Shown: piece after piece, positions 28,893 through 38,443 of the stretch
Layout: each line of letters begins with the position of its first letter
Numbering within the stretch: position 1 is the first letter of the stretch
DNA from: a virus
Virus record (IMG/VR): IMGVR_UViG_3300028422_001962
Span: 9,413-73,412 of that record
Length of the DNA stretch: 64,000 bases
Reading direction: 5' to 3' (one strand)
The notes under the pieces: model-generated
The model's database searches: none
What the model was told of the DNA's origin: nothing
What the model saw: the letters and a program-made list of their open reading frames with translations, nothing else
Translations under genes and position numbers: made by a program

Positions 28893-30404
28893 ATGCAAAG
28901 GTCTCTGCTTGTCGGCAACGGACTCGACATTCAGCTTGGCGGGAATGATTTCTTGAACAAGTGGATTCTTGTTCGTCTATTAGCTGACGTAAAATCAGGA
29001 AAATACGATGAACTGTTCAGAGACAAAGAAAGCACATCTCCTTCGATATCTGGCGACGAACTTGTGGCTCTTTTCATGGAAATGCCATCACTAGCAAATA
29101 AAGCCCGTAGGTGTGGCTTTGATTCTTTAATAGATGCTGCCAAAGAGTCAGAAATTGTGGCTGCTTTAGTAGATTTTAAAGCAAAGTACACATGGGATGT
29201 AACAAGTCCGGAACAAATCGGCTTAGAAGATTGGCTGCTTTTGTTGCGCCTATTCTTGCAGGAACAAGCTGATTTGTTACCGCTATTTGGCTCTATGAAA
29301 CAAGGGTTTGAACGAGTTATCCTTGATAGTATCTACTGTAATGGTATGATTCAGCAAATTCATAAAAATGCCTGTAAAAAAGCAAAAGAATTTTTTTGTG
29401 GATTCGATTCACTGTTTACACTGAACTATGATAACAATCTCGAAAAACTCTCTGGGAAGCCAGTTTATCATTTGCATGGTGATTTTGAAACGGTGGCTTT
29501 GAGCGAGAACCCTAATACTGCATATGGCTTTTTAAGAAAACAGAGGGGCGAAACCGTCTACTTCCCGCCAAATTTCCAGCATTGTAATTGTAATACGATA
29601 CTCGATTACAGCGGAGATAATAAGTATAAACTTGCTGCGGCTCTTTCTTCTGCGATACCAGAATTCGAAAAGCTGAAGTCGCTATATGATAACGACGGGG
29701 GCGAATTTAATAATTCCCTGTCAGAGTTTCCTCCTGAACAGCAGGAAATCATTATGGTTGGTATGGAGCAAAATTTACCGCTTGGCTACAACTATCATTT
29801 CAATGATTTGGAGATGCTTGCGGGTGAACTGACAATTATCGGCATAGCTCCCCAGAACGATCGACATCTGTTCGAGTTGATAAATAGAAGCAATCTCAAT
29901 AAGGTTTTGTTTTATCATTTATTCCCCCCGGATGACGAACCTGCTCCGGTATTGCCAATTTGCAAACCTTACGAAGTCAAGAATGTCAGTAATCTTTGGG
30001 CGGATATCAAATTGCAGAAACCGATGTATCTGAGTGCAACTGGTAAAGATTTCTACTTTAAATCAATAAATAATAGAGCGGAGACGCAAAAGTTCGTGGA
30101 TGTTTTTAATGCGTTTGAGACGGCTGCAAACGCAATAAGCATTGCGGATCTCTTAGAACAGCTTAAATCCATACCTAAGGAAACAGAAAAATCGATTATT
30201 AACATGATGAAAGCTGAAATTCAAAAGGGTAAATACCACACATCACCAGAAACAGCAGAGGCACAATATAAACAGTTTCGAGGATTTGGAAGGACGCTTG
30301 TTACCTCTTCGTTAAGCCCGCAAACCCTGTATTTCTTATATATCTCTAATATTCGGAATAACAAGGCAAAAGCAACTATAAAGCGCAAAAAGAAAAAGAA
30401 ATAA
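28893..30404 (+). CDS. AbiH/SIR2-like fold protein, putative defence effector
   Basis: LLVGNGLDI, FTLNYD, VYHLHG, TIIG..ND; ATG 28893 with strong RBS. Confidence 0.65.
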   Translation: MQRSLLVGNGLDIQLGGNDFLNKWILVRLLADVKSGKYDELFRDKESTSPSISGDELVALFMEMPSLANKARRCGFDSLIDAAKESEIVAALVDFKAKYTWDVTSPEQIGLEDWLLLLRLFLQEQADLLPLFGSMKQGFERVILDSIYCNGMIQQIHKNACKKAKEFFCGFDSLFTLNYDNNLEKLSGKPVYHLHGDFETVALSENPNTAYGFLRKQRGETVYFPPNFQHCNCNTILDYSGDNKYKLAAALSSAIPEFEKLKSLYDNDGGEFNNSLSEFPPEQQEIIMVGMEQNLPLGYNYHFNDLEMLAGELTIIGIAPQNDRHLFELINRSNLNKVLFYHLFPPDDEPAPVLPICKPYEVKNVSNLWADIKLQKPMYLSATGKDFYFKSINNRAETQKFVDVFNAFETAANAISIADLLEQLKSIPKETEKSIINMMKAEIQKGKYHTSPETAEAQYKQFRGFGRTLVTSSLSPQTLYFLYISNIRNNKAKATIKRKKKKK

Positions 30405-30629
30405 TATTTTAGCTATTTGGGGCGGTTTTTGTACTTCCTCCGGCGAAGAGCCTGTACTGAACCATTTAAAGCAGAGTGTGGTTGTAGAAGGTATAGCAAC
30501 CATAAAAAATATCCGGTAACAAAGTGAATCCTGCCAACAGCATTGCCAGAGTATTCTTGTAAATCTTTGTAGCGTGTAGTCGCATGACATCACATAAATT
30601 TAAACACCAACTAAACACCAAAGGCTTCG

Positions 30630-31082
30630 TTACAGTGCCGAAAAGTCCCGTAGTATGGGGATTTCTGCTGTATCGAAGTCTTTTTTCTCGTAGAAAACGG
30701 GTATGCTCTTTTCCTTAAGCTGCCGGATGTATTTCAGGCAATCCAGGGTATTGCGGGCAAACCTGCTGATGGATTTTGTAATGACCATGTCGATGCTGCC
30801 CGCCATGCACTCATCGATCATTCGGTTGAATTCTTCACGCTTCTTTGTATTTGTACCTGAGATGCCGTCATCTGCATAAATTCCTGCCAGTGTCCAATCC
30901 GGATGGCCGTTGATGTAAGCTGTGTAATGCTCAATCTGCGCATCGTAGCTGGTAGCTTGTTCATCACTGTCGGTTGAAACCCTACAGTAGGCAGCAACAC
31001 GGAGTTTTGGCTTTTCTTCATCACTATCTTTTCGGATATGCTTCCTTGCTGGAAGCACCGTAACAGTTCTATTTGTTGCCAA
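30630..31082 (-). pseudogene. Truncated large serine recombinase (catalytic domain only)
   Basis: [23 protein letters not shown]; similarity to 60715-62340 stops after VFYEK, followed by an unrelated 16-aa tail. Confidence 0.85.
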
Positions 31083-31296
31083 TTGTTTACACCTCGCTTT
31101 CTATTAGGCTATCATCTGCTGCGCAGCTCCGTGGACTTGTCTGTGCCTTATACATTCGTTTCACCTCCTTGGAAGGAGCGCTTGTCGTTTTGCTCTTTCC
31201 ACTACCCAATGGAGGTGAAAATGCTGTTTGAACGAAAATCGAGAAAAGTTTTTCTCCGGCCCCCTAAAAAGGCAGCCGGAGAATGATGGTGCGGTA

Positions 31297-31818
31297 TCAG
31301 ATGTAGTCGTGCAGGAGCTCTCGCAAAGTGTCAAATGCTTTTTTCTTTTTGTAGTTGATAGTGGATTGCTGAGAAATGCCCATGATGGCAGCTATCTCTC
31401 GTTCCGTCTTATCCTGAAGCAAAAGTTCACAGATGCGGCGACCATCAGGGTCGAGCTTGTCCAGCTTGCATAGAAGGGCGTCCAGTAGTTCGCGCTCTTC
31501 CAAAACTGACTGAGCGCTGGGAGAATCGTCTGGTAAGTCATCGAGCCAGCTTTTTTCGTTACCATCCTCGTCCGAAACGGTGTAGTCAAGGGAAAGCTCA
31601 TCCCCACCTTTGCGAAAACGGCAGGTGCAGCAGTCCATGTCGCAGAGATAGCGCTTGCTTGCAGGGCAGACACAGCGGCCATGTTCTTGTTGCCTACGAC
31701 GATAGGCATTGATGTCACGGTAATAGTTGTCATAGTCGATTTTGCTGATAGACACCCATTGGTGCAGGTCTTTGAGGTAGATTGCGCGTTCGGTGGGTTG
31801 ATTGTCTTGGGTTTTCAT
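31297..31818 (-). CDS. Sigma-70 region 4 (ECF-like) regulator
   Basis: Cys-rich N-terminal part; TEREIAAIMGISQQSTINYKKKK HTH; similar to 3976-4437. Confidence 0.82.
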   Translation of the reverse strand: MKTQDNQPTERAIYLKDLHQWVSISKIDYDNYYRDINAYRRRQQEHGRCVCPASKRYLCDMDCCTCRFRKGGDELSLDYTVSDEDGNEKSWLDDLPDDSPSAQSVLEERELLDALLCKLDKLDPDGRRICELLLQDKTEREIAAIMGISQQSTINYKKKKAFDTLRELLHDYI

Positions 31819-31902
31819 TTAGATTTCCTCCTGTGATTTGAATTGCGTGAGCAATCGCAGGGAGGAAACATGTTGAAAAATGTAAAATTTACCATTATGT
31901 CA

Positions 31903-31931
31903 TTGAATTTCGGTTTACTACGTGATATAAT
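31903..31931 (+). promoter_or_regulatory. Sigma-A promoter of the cargo operon
   Basis: TTGAAT-N17-TATAAT preceded by TG. Confidence 0.6.
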
Positions 31932-32122
31932 GGTTTAGTTGGGTTTGGTGGGAGTTACGAAAGTAAGTAACCTGCACCGGCTTTGCTGTATCCAGAAGCA
32001 ATAAAAAATGCCCCTGCGATTTCTCACAAGGACATGAAATTGTTCGCCGAGTTCGCCAGCCATACTTCGTTTGGTTGCTTGGAGTTCGCCGAGTTAGTTT
32101 TTTTGAAATATGGTGAAAATCT

Positions 32123-33055
32123 ATGACAAACACTTTAAAACAGCGCCTTTGCGGCGGTACTTTTTTCACATTATTTTTACGCGCCAGAAAGCCCTTGCGT
32201 GGAGCAAATGAATATTATGCAGGGACTCCAGAGCCATATTCCGAACCCATAGCTCTGTTTGCCTTATCTAAGGTGATAGTTCCTGATTGGAAGAGCATAT
32301 TTGTATACGCCGATAGCACAGTTAGTGGTAATACTTCGGAATATAAGACCTGTAACAATGAAGGCGGCTCAATATACCCTTTTGGTGATGGTGCAGCGCT
32401 GACTGCATTCAATGCACGAATCAAAGAAAACTATCCTTCTGTATTAGCCGAAATGTGCAAGGTTATAGGCTTGCTCGTTGACACCGGCAGCATGAGAAAA
32501 GATGAGCGCTTTGTTAAAGAGCTTTTAGCCTTGATTGCAGTCGATGATTCCATCGGGGATAGTCAACCTTTCTTTGCTCTGGAAAGCGGCGATACTATAA
32601 CAAAATCCGATCTCCTCAAAGCAACAGGTGTTTGCTTACAATCATTTTTATTAGGTGTTTGGCATTTCGCAGTAACCCGTTCGGAAAAGAACACTTTTGG
32701 TAAGGAAACAATCGATCTATGGTGTCCTTCAACCGGGGGTGGAAAGCGCGAATACAAAGGTAACCTTGCAAACCTCATAACAAGGAATATCACGCTAACC
32801 TATCGTGAACCATTTGAGGAAAGTGCAGATTCCGAAATTGTTGATGAGCCCTTGGTGGATGAGCCTATGACAAGTGATGAACCTCATAGCGAGGAACAAT
32901 CGACAGAAAAAGAACCTGCCGCATCCAATTTGACGCAGCAGGTTATAAACAACAATCCGACATTCTTCAATTTCAACATATCAGGCAATAACAACAGCTT
33001 CTATAACAGGGTAGATACAGTAAATATTAAGAACGGAGGGCAAAAAGATGAGTGA
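32123..33055 (+). CDS. Hypothetical protein
   Basis: 310-aa ORF, acidic linker, Asn-rich tail; overlaps the next gene. Confidence 0.75.
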   Translation: MTNTLKQRLCGGTFFTLFLRARKPLRGANEYYAGTPEPYSEPIALFALSKVIVPDWKSIFVYADSTVSGNTSEYKTCNNEGGSIYPFGDGAALTAFNARIKENYPSVLAEMCKVIGLLVDTGSMRKDERFVKELLALIAVDDSIGDSQPFFALESGDTITKSDLLKATGVCLQSFLLGVWHFAVTRSEKNTFGKETIDLWCPSTGGGKREYKGNLANLITRNITLTYREPFEESADSEIVDEPLVDEPMTSDEPHSEEQSTEKEPAASNLTQQVINNNPTFFNFNISGNNNSFYNRVDTVNIKNGGQKDE

Positions 33056-33674
33056 GAAACTTCAGCCGATCTCATCGGCCTTCCTTCCGTCGAACGGCGC
33101 ATCGGCTAATATAACTCTACCCGGCGACGGGAACACATTGATTGCCCAGGCCAATGTGGTAAACATGAAAAGCGTGTACATTCCTGTTGTTCAGGCAAAC
33201 GGTGTAACACTTCCGACAAGACGGACTGTGAATGAGGATTATTATAATCTTTTCGTTATTGGCGATGAAACATTTACTGGAGGATATTTTATCGTACCGA
33301 AGAAGTGTGCATTAACTGAAAGCATAGCGCCAGAATTGAAAGCCTTGTATGCTAAGCTCGATATGAATGCCATTGCAGCAATCAAAACTTTCCCAGCCAT
33401 ATTCGCAAGCAAAAATCATCAGTATTGTTGTGCGGGAGTGAATCAAGAGGCATACCTCGGATTTGTAAATGATATAAGCATTCAGGACAACGGTATTAAG
33501 GTTTCTTTTCATCTACTGTATGCAATTCCCCAGAGAAGATTGAATGAACTTGCTTGTGAGATTTCTATTGACTGTGCTTCAGCGTTCAACGAATTCGACA
33601 ATACGCATTGGACAATTAAGCGGATAAACATTATAGAAAAACTGCGTAAAGCAGGCATAGACACACTCCTTTAA
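33048..33674 (+). CDS. Hypothetical protein (..NTHWTIKRINI..)
   Basis: 208-aa ORF with GGAGG RBS, coupled to the upstream gene. Confidence 0.75.
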   Translation: MSEKLQPISSAFLPSNGASANITLPGDGNTLIAQANVVNMKSVYIPVVQANGVTLPTRRTVNEDYYNLFVIGDETFTGGYFIVPKKCALTESIAPELKALYAKLDMNAIAAIKTFPAIFASKNHQYCCAGVNQEAYLGFVNDISIQDNGIKVSFHLLYAIPQRRLNELACEISIDCASAFNEFDNTHWTIKRINIIEKLRKAGIDTLL

Positions 33675-33722
33675 GATAAATAGCCGCACAGAAACTCGAT
33701 ATACACATTATGGAGGTTCAAT

Positions 33723-33923
33723 ATGAGTAACGAGAAAGAAAACAGTGTTCCTGAAAAATGGGTAAACCTTGAGGATGTTGCAGAACATCTCAGCGTTAGC
33801 AAGGACACCGTCCGCACATGGATGCGGGAAGGTAAACTCCCCATTAACAAAGCTGGGAAGAGATACAAGTTCAAAATTTCCGAAGTTGATGAATGGGTAC
33901 GAAAAGGAAAAATCAAAGATTAA
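33723..33923 (+). CDS. Excisionase-like HTH protein
   Basis: LEDVAEHLSVSKDTVRTW..GKLP..YKFKISEVDEW. Confidence 0.88.
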   Translation: MSNEKENSVPEKWVNLEDVAEHLSVSKDTVRTWMREGKLPINKAGKRYKFKISEVDEWVRKGKIKD

Positions 33924-33980
33924 TAGGCAATAAATGATATTTCGTAAATACCGACCAATCTCGGTGGAAGGAGAAAAATT

Positions 33981-36257
33981 ATGACGCCAAAAATGTCATC
34001 CGCAATCAAAAAAATAACGCTCAATACCCCCACCTTCAACGGAGACGTGGTTGAGCCGACATTTATTAATTTCTTTTACGGCAGAAACGGCGCTGGCAAA
34101 TCCACGATAGCACAGGCTATCGGCGCAAATACCGGCCTACTTTGGCAGGACGGCAAGTCAGCGGCGGATTATGATATTTTGGTTTATGACCAAGACTTCA
34201 TCAACAACAACCTGCAGAATTACGGGAACCTCGCAGGCGTGTTTACTGTATGTGATACAAATATCGAAATTCAAAAACAGGTGGAACAGAAAACGGCTGA
34301 AAGAGCCTCATTTGATGAGCAGTACCGTACTCTTACCACTGCAGCGGGAAGCAAACAGGATGCTATGACCGCCTCTTTGAGCACTTTTCAGAATGCTTGT
34401 TGGGAAAAGTCGAAGTCGATTCGGGACGCATTCGATGAGGCGATGAAGGGCAAAAAGCGAATTAACTTGTTCGCAGAATCTGTTTTATCCGTTCCGACAC
34501 CCGCTGAGCATGACTTAGCCGCGCTGAAAAAAATGTACGATATTGCATTCGATACTTCAGCAACAGTATATAAGCTCTTTTCCAGAGCTGGCAGCTCCAC
34601 CACATATGGAAAGTTACCCGGAAAAGACCTCATGGATAAAGCCATTGTAGGTAGTAGTGAGTCAACATTCACGGCATTTATGAAGGCCCTTCATGCAACC
34701 GACTGGGTACGGCAAGGACACGATCACTATGTGGCTGGAGCCGACGGAAAATGTCCGTTCTGCCAGCAGAAACTACCGGCGGGTTTTGATGATGAAATTG
34801 CGGCTTGTTTTGATGCACAGTACCAGCAAGACATTGACGATATTACGGAATTTCAAGCTACATATTCACGTGAGACGGGTGCCATTTTAGACACGCTCCA
34901 AACAAACCTGCAGGATGTGCTTGCTACCGTAGATTTGGTGGAATACAAGGATAAAATTGCACTATTAAAAAGCAGTATCGAAATCAACAAGCAGCGCATC
35001 TCCGGTAAAGTTAAGGAACCCACCTCTATCGTGGCGCTTGAGGATACGGATTCACTGCTCATAGAAATAGGCACTCTCATTGATGATATCAACCGCCAGA
35101 TCAAGGCCAACAACGATGTCGTAAATGACAAGAAGGCGAAAAAGGCAGCTTGTGTCAATCAGGTGTGGGAGCATCTTGCTTTCATGTTGAGCCGTGATGT
35201 CGCTACTTATAAGGCTGAACAGGCAAAGCTAAAAAAAGAAGCTGATGACCTGACAGCCAAAGCGACTGCTGCACGTCGCGCTTTTAATGCCGCAACGGGC
35301 GATATTGCCGAACTTAACAAACAGGTAGTCAATACCCAAGCAGCTATTGCCAGCATAAACGCTTTACTAAAAGACTCCGGATTTCAAGGCTTCAGCCTCC
35401 GTGAGAAGACGGGAGTTCCGAATGTGTATGAGGTTGTACGTGAAGACGGAAGCATTGCGGTAAAGTTGAGTGAAGGTGAGCGTAATTTTATTGCATTTTT
35501 GTACTTCTACAACCTTGTTCGTGGCAGCCATAGCAGCGAAGAAGTAAAGGACAAAATCGTGGTTATCGACGACCCGGTTTCCAGTATGGACAGCAACACA
35601 CTGTTTATTGTTAGTGCTATCATTCGAGAAATGGTCGAAGTTTGCTATAACAACACCGACTATCGCGACAACACGGTTCAGGGCGACTACATCAAACAGA
35701 TATTCATTCTGACGCACAATGTGTATTTTCATAGGGAGATTACCTATCGGCAGGTCAGTCGCTACAAGAGCGTGTCATTTTACATGATACATAAAACAGA
35801 CAACGTGTCGACAGTCAAGCTCTGTGACAAAGAGAGTGAAGGATGTCCGACTGAAAAAGAAAATTACAACCCGGTTCAAAACTCATATGCGGCTCTGTGG
35901 GATGAATTCAGAGTATTGAAGTCCACAATACCGCTGCTCAATGTAATACGGCGTATTTTGGAGTATTATTTTCTGCAGCTTTGCGGATACGAGGGAACGG
36001 ACATCCGTAAGGTTGTTTTGGAAAAGAACAAAGATAAATTTGTCACCCCGGTGGAAGGCGGTCAGCCGGATTATGAGAAATACCAGCTGGCTTCGTCGAT
36101 GCTGACATATATCAATAACCCGCAGGGTATCAGCGATGGTTTGAACTATGTCGAAGATTGCGTCGATGCCGGGCAATACAAAACAGTTTTCAAGCTTATC
36201 TTTGATTCGCTTGGACAGATACAGCATTACAATATGATGATGGGGCAAGAGGCATAA
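33981..36257 (+). CDS. RloC-like (AAA_13) ABC ATPase with zinc hook
   Basis: GRNGAGKS, CPFCQQ, LSEGE, VIDDPVSS, LTHN; next to type I RM. Confidence 0.85.
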   Translation: MTPKMSSAIKKITLNTPTFNGDVVEPTFINFFYGRNGAGKSTIAQAIGANTGLLWQDGKSAADYDILVYDQDFINNNLQNYGNLAGVFTVCDTNIEIQKQVEQKTAERASFDEQYRTLTTAAGSKQDAMTASLSTFQNACWEKSKSIRDAFDEAMKGKKRINLFAESVLSVPTPAEHDLAALKKMYDIAFDTSATVYKLFSRAGSSTTYGKLPGKDLMDKAIVGSSESTFTAFMKALHATDWVRQGHDHYVAGADGKCPFCQQKLPAGFDDEIAACFDAQYQQDIDDITEFQATYSRETGAILDTLQTNLQDVLATVDLVEYKDKIALLKSSIEINKQRISGKVKEPTSIVALEDTDSLLIEIGTLIDDINRQIKANNDVVNDKKAKKAACVNQVWEHLAFMLSRDVATYKAEQAKLKKEADDLTAKATAARRAFNAATGDIAELNKQVVNTQAAIASINALLKDSGFQGFSLREKTGVPNVYEVVREDGSIAVKLSEGERNFIAFLYFYNLVRGSHSSEEVKDKIVVIDDPVSSMDSNTLFIVSAIIREMVEVCYNNTDYRDNTVQGDYIKQIFILTHNVYFHREITYRQVSRYKSVSFYMIHKTDNVSTVKLCDKESEGCPTEKENYNPVQNSYAALWDEFRVLKSTIPLLNVIRRILEYYFLQLCGYEGTDIRKVVLEKNKDKFVTPVEGGQPDYEKYQLASSMLTYINNPQGISDGLNYVEDCVDAGQYKTVFKLIFDSLGQIQHYNMMMGQEA

Positions 36258-36325
36258 GCCCCTCTCATGGGACAGCCAATGGCGTAGAATGATAACGGGC
36301 AAAAAGCCTGAGTGGAGGAAATTTT

Positions 36326-38431
36326 ATGGTTGATAAGCAAATAATAGATGCAATGTGGGATGATTCCCCCATTGATGTGTCTACAGAGGTAAACTTTATC
36401 TGGTCGATCGCAAACAAGCTGCGCGGTCCGTACCAGAGCGATAAATATAAGGATGTCATCATACCGATGACCGTCATCCGCCGTTTTGAGTGCGCTCTTG
36501 CACCTACCAAAAAGGCGGTCGTTGATCAGTTTAATGCCAATCCGAGCTATCCGCCGAAAGCGATGTATCGCATCTCCGGCTTTCAGTTCTACAATACCAG
36601 CGGTTATGATCTCGCTGAGCTGGTGAACGATGCCGACCACATTGCCGCCAATTTCAAAAGCTATATTCAGGGCTTTTCACCTAATGTGCAGGAAATTCTG
36701 CTGTCAGCCGAAAAGGGTCTGGATTTCTATAAGCAAATCGACAAGATGGATAAAAACAATCGCTTGCTCAGTGTTGTCAAGGCGTTTTCAGAACTCGACT
36801 TGAACCCTCGTACCATCGACAACGTGAAAATGGGATACATATTCGAGGAGCTCATACGTAAATTCTCTGAAAATGCCGAGGCTGGCGACCACTACACGGG
36901 CAGAGATATCATTAAGACGATGGTCAATATTCTGCTGGCAGAGGGCTGCGACGACATTTTTGATGATGGCAAGGTTATCACGATACTCGACCAAGCCTGC
37001 GGCACAGGCGGTATGCTTTCTACTGGCTATAACTTCATTAAACGTTATAACCCCTCTGCCGACGTCCGGCTTTTTGGGCAGGAAATCAACCCGGAATCTT
37101 ATGCGATGTGCCTTTCCGAAATGCTCATTAAAGGTCAGAACTCCGAGAACATCTGTTATCAAGACACCATGAAAGCCGACTGCTTCAAGGGAACAGCGAT
37201 GCGTTTCGTGCTCGAAAATCCGCCGTTCGGTACTGCGTGGGGTGGCAAGGACGCTGCCGAGGGCGTTGAAACTGCAGTAAATGATGAATTCAAGAAGGGC
37301 TATGACGGACGCTGGGGTGCGGGGCTTCCCGGTTCCGGTGATATGCAGATGCTGTTTTTACAGTCTGCAATTGACAAAATGGACAAGCATAACGGACGCG
37401 CTGCCATCATTCAAAACGGCAGTCCTCTGTTTTCCGGTGGCACTGCTTCTGGCGAGAGCCAGATCCGCCGCTGGCTACTGCAAAGCGACCTGATTGAAGC
37501 AATAATTGCGCTGCCGACAGATCTTTTTTACAATACCGGCATCGCTACATATATTTGGGTGTTATCGAAAAATAAGCGCGCCGAGCGCAAGGGTAAAATT
37601 CAGCTCATTGACGCTTCCAGCATTTTTCATAAGCTCCGTAAAGCTCTGGGGAACAAGAAAAACGAGATTGCCCCGGAAGACCGCTCCGACATTACACGGT
37701 TGTATGCGGACTTCAAAGAAAACGAGCTATGCAAAATCTATAACAACGAAGAATTCATTTATCGAGAGTATACCGTGATGCAACCGCTCCAACGTAGCTA
37801 TGCCATCACTGAAGAACGCATCCAGCAGATGCTTTCAAAAGGCGCACTCAGTTCTTTATATGACGAGGGCAAAGTCAGCGAACTGGAAAATTCCGAAGAA
37901 GAGCTGTCCGGCAAGGACGTAAAGAAGTTGGAGAACTATCAGAACAACAAGCCTGTGTTTGATAGCATAGTTGCCGCACTGGAAGCCGCCGTTTCTGAGG
38001 AAGTCTACCTTTCCCCGGCTGCGTTTCTGCCTGAGGTAACAAAGGTACTGTCTTCCGCAACTGCAGACAAGAAGCTAATTGAGAAAATTGCGGACGGTCT
38101 TTCCGTCATGGATAAGAACGCTGAAATTCAGCGTGACAGGAAGGGCGAAATCATCTATGACAAGGAATCGAAGGATACCGAAATTGTAAAATATGAGGAG
38201 GACATTGACACCTATATGGCGCGTGAAGTCCTGCCGCACATCCCCGATGCGAAAGCATTCTTCGAGGAAGATTTGAGCAAGAAAAAGCCGGTCATCAAGA
38301 CCGGTGCGGAGATTCCATTTACCCGCTATTTTTACAAATATCAGCAGCCTACCCCCAGTGAAGAGCTGGAGGAACGCTTTACTACGCTTGAGCAATCAAT
38401 CAATGAGCGCGTAGCAAAGCTGTTCGATTAA
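36326..38431 (+). CDS. hsdM: Type I RM methyltransferase
   Basis: FIWSIANKLRG, DQACGTGGML, NPPF, FYNTGI. Confidence 0.93.
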   Translation: MVDKQIIDAMWDDSPIDVSTEVNFIWSIANKLRGPYQSDKYKDVIIPMTVIRRFECALAPTKKAVVDQFNANPSYPPKAMYRISGFQFYNTSGYDLAELVNDADHIAANFKSYIQGFSPNVQEILLSAEKGLDFYKQIDKMDKNNRLLSVVKAFSELDLNPRTIDNVKMGYIFEELIRKFSENAEAGDHYTGRDIIKTMVNILLAEGCDDIFDDGKVITILDQACGTGGMLSTGYNFIKRYNPSADVRLFGQEINPESYAMCLSEMLIKGQNSENICYQDTMKADCFKGTAMRFVLENPPFGTAWGGKDAAEGVETAVNDEFKKGYDGRWGAGLPGSGDMQMLFLQSAIDKMDKHNGRAAIIQNGSPLFSGGTASGESQIRRWLLQSDLIEAIIALPTDLFYNTGIATYIWVLSKNKRAERKGKIQLIDASSIFHKLRKALGNKKNEIAPEDRSDITRLYADFKENELCKIYNNEEFIYREYTVMQPLQRSYAITEERIQQMLSKGALSSLYDEGKVSELENSEEELSGKDVKKLENYQNNKPVFDSIVAALEAAVSEEVYLSPAAFLPEVTKVLSSATADKKLIEKIADGLSVMDKNAEIQRDRKGEIIYDKESKDTEIVKYEEDIDTYMAREVLPHIPDAKAFFEEDLSKKKPVIKTGAEIPFTRYFYKYQQPTPSEELEERFTTLEQSINERVAKLFD

Positions 38432-38443
38432 GGCGGTGATTTT

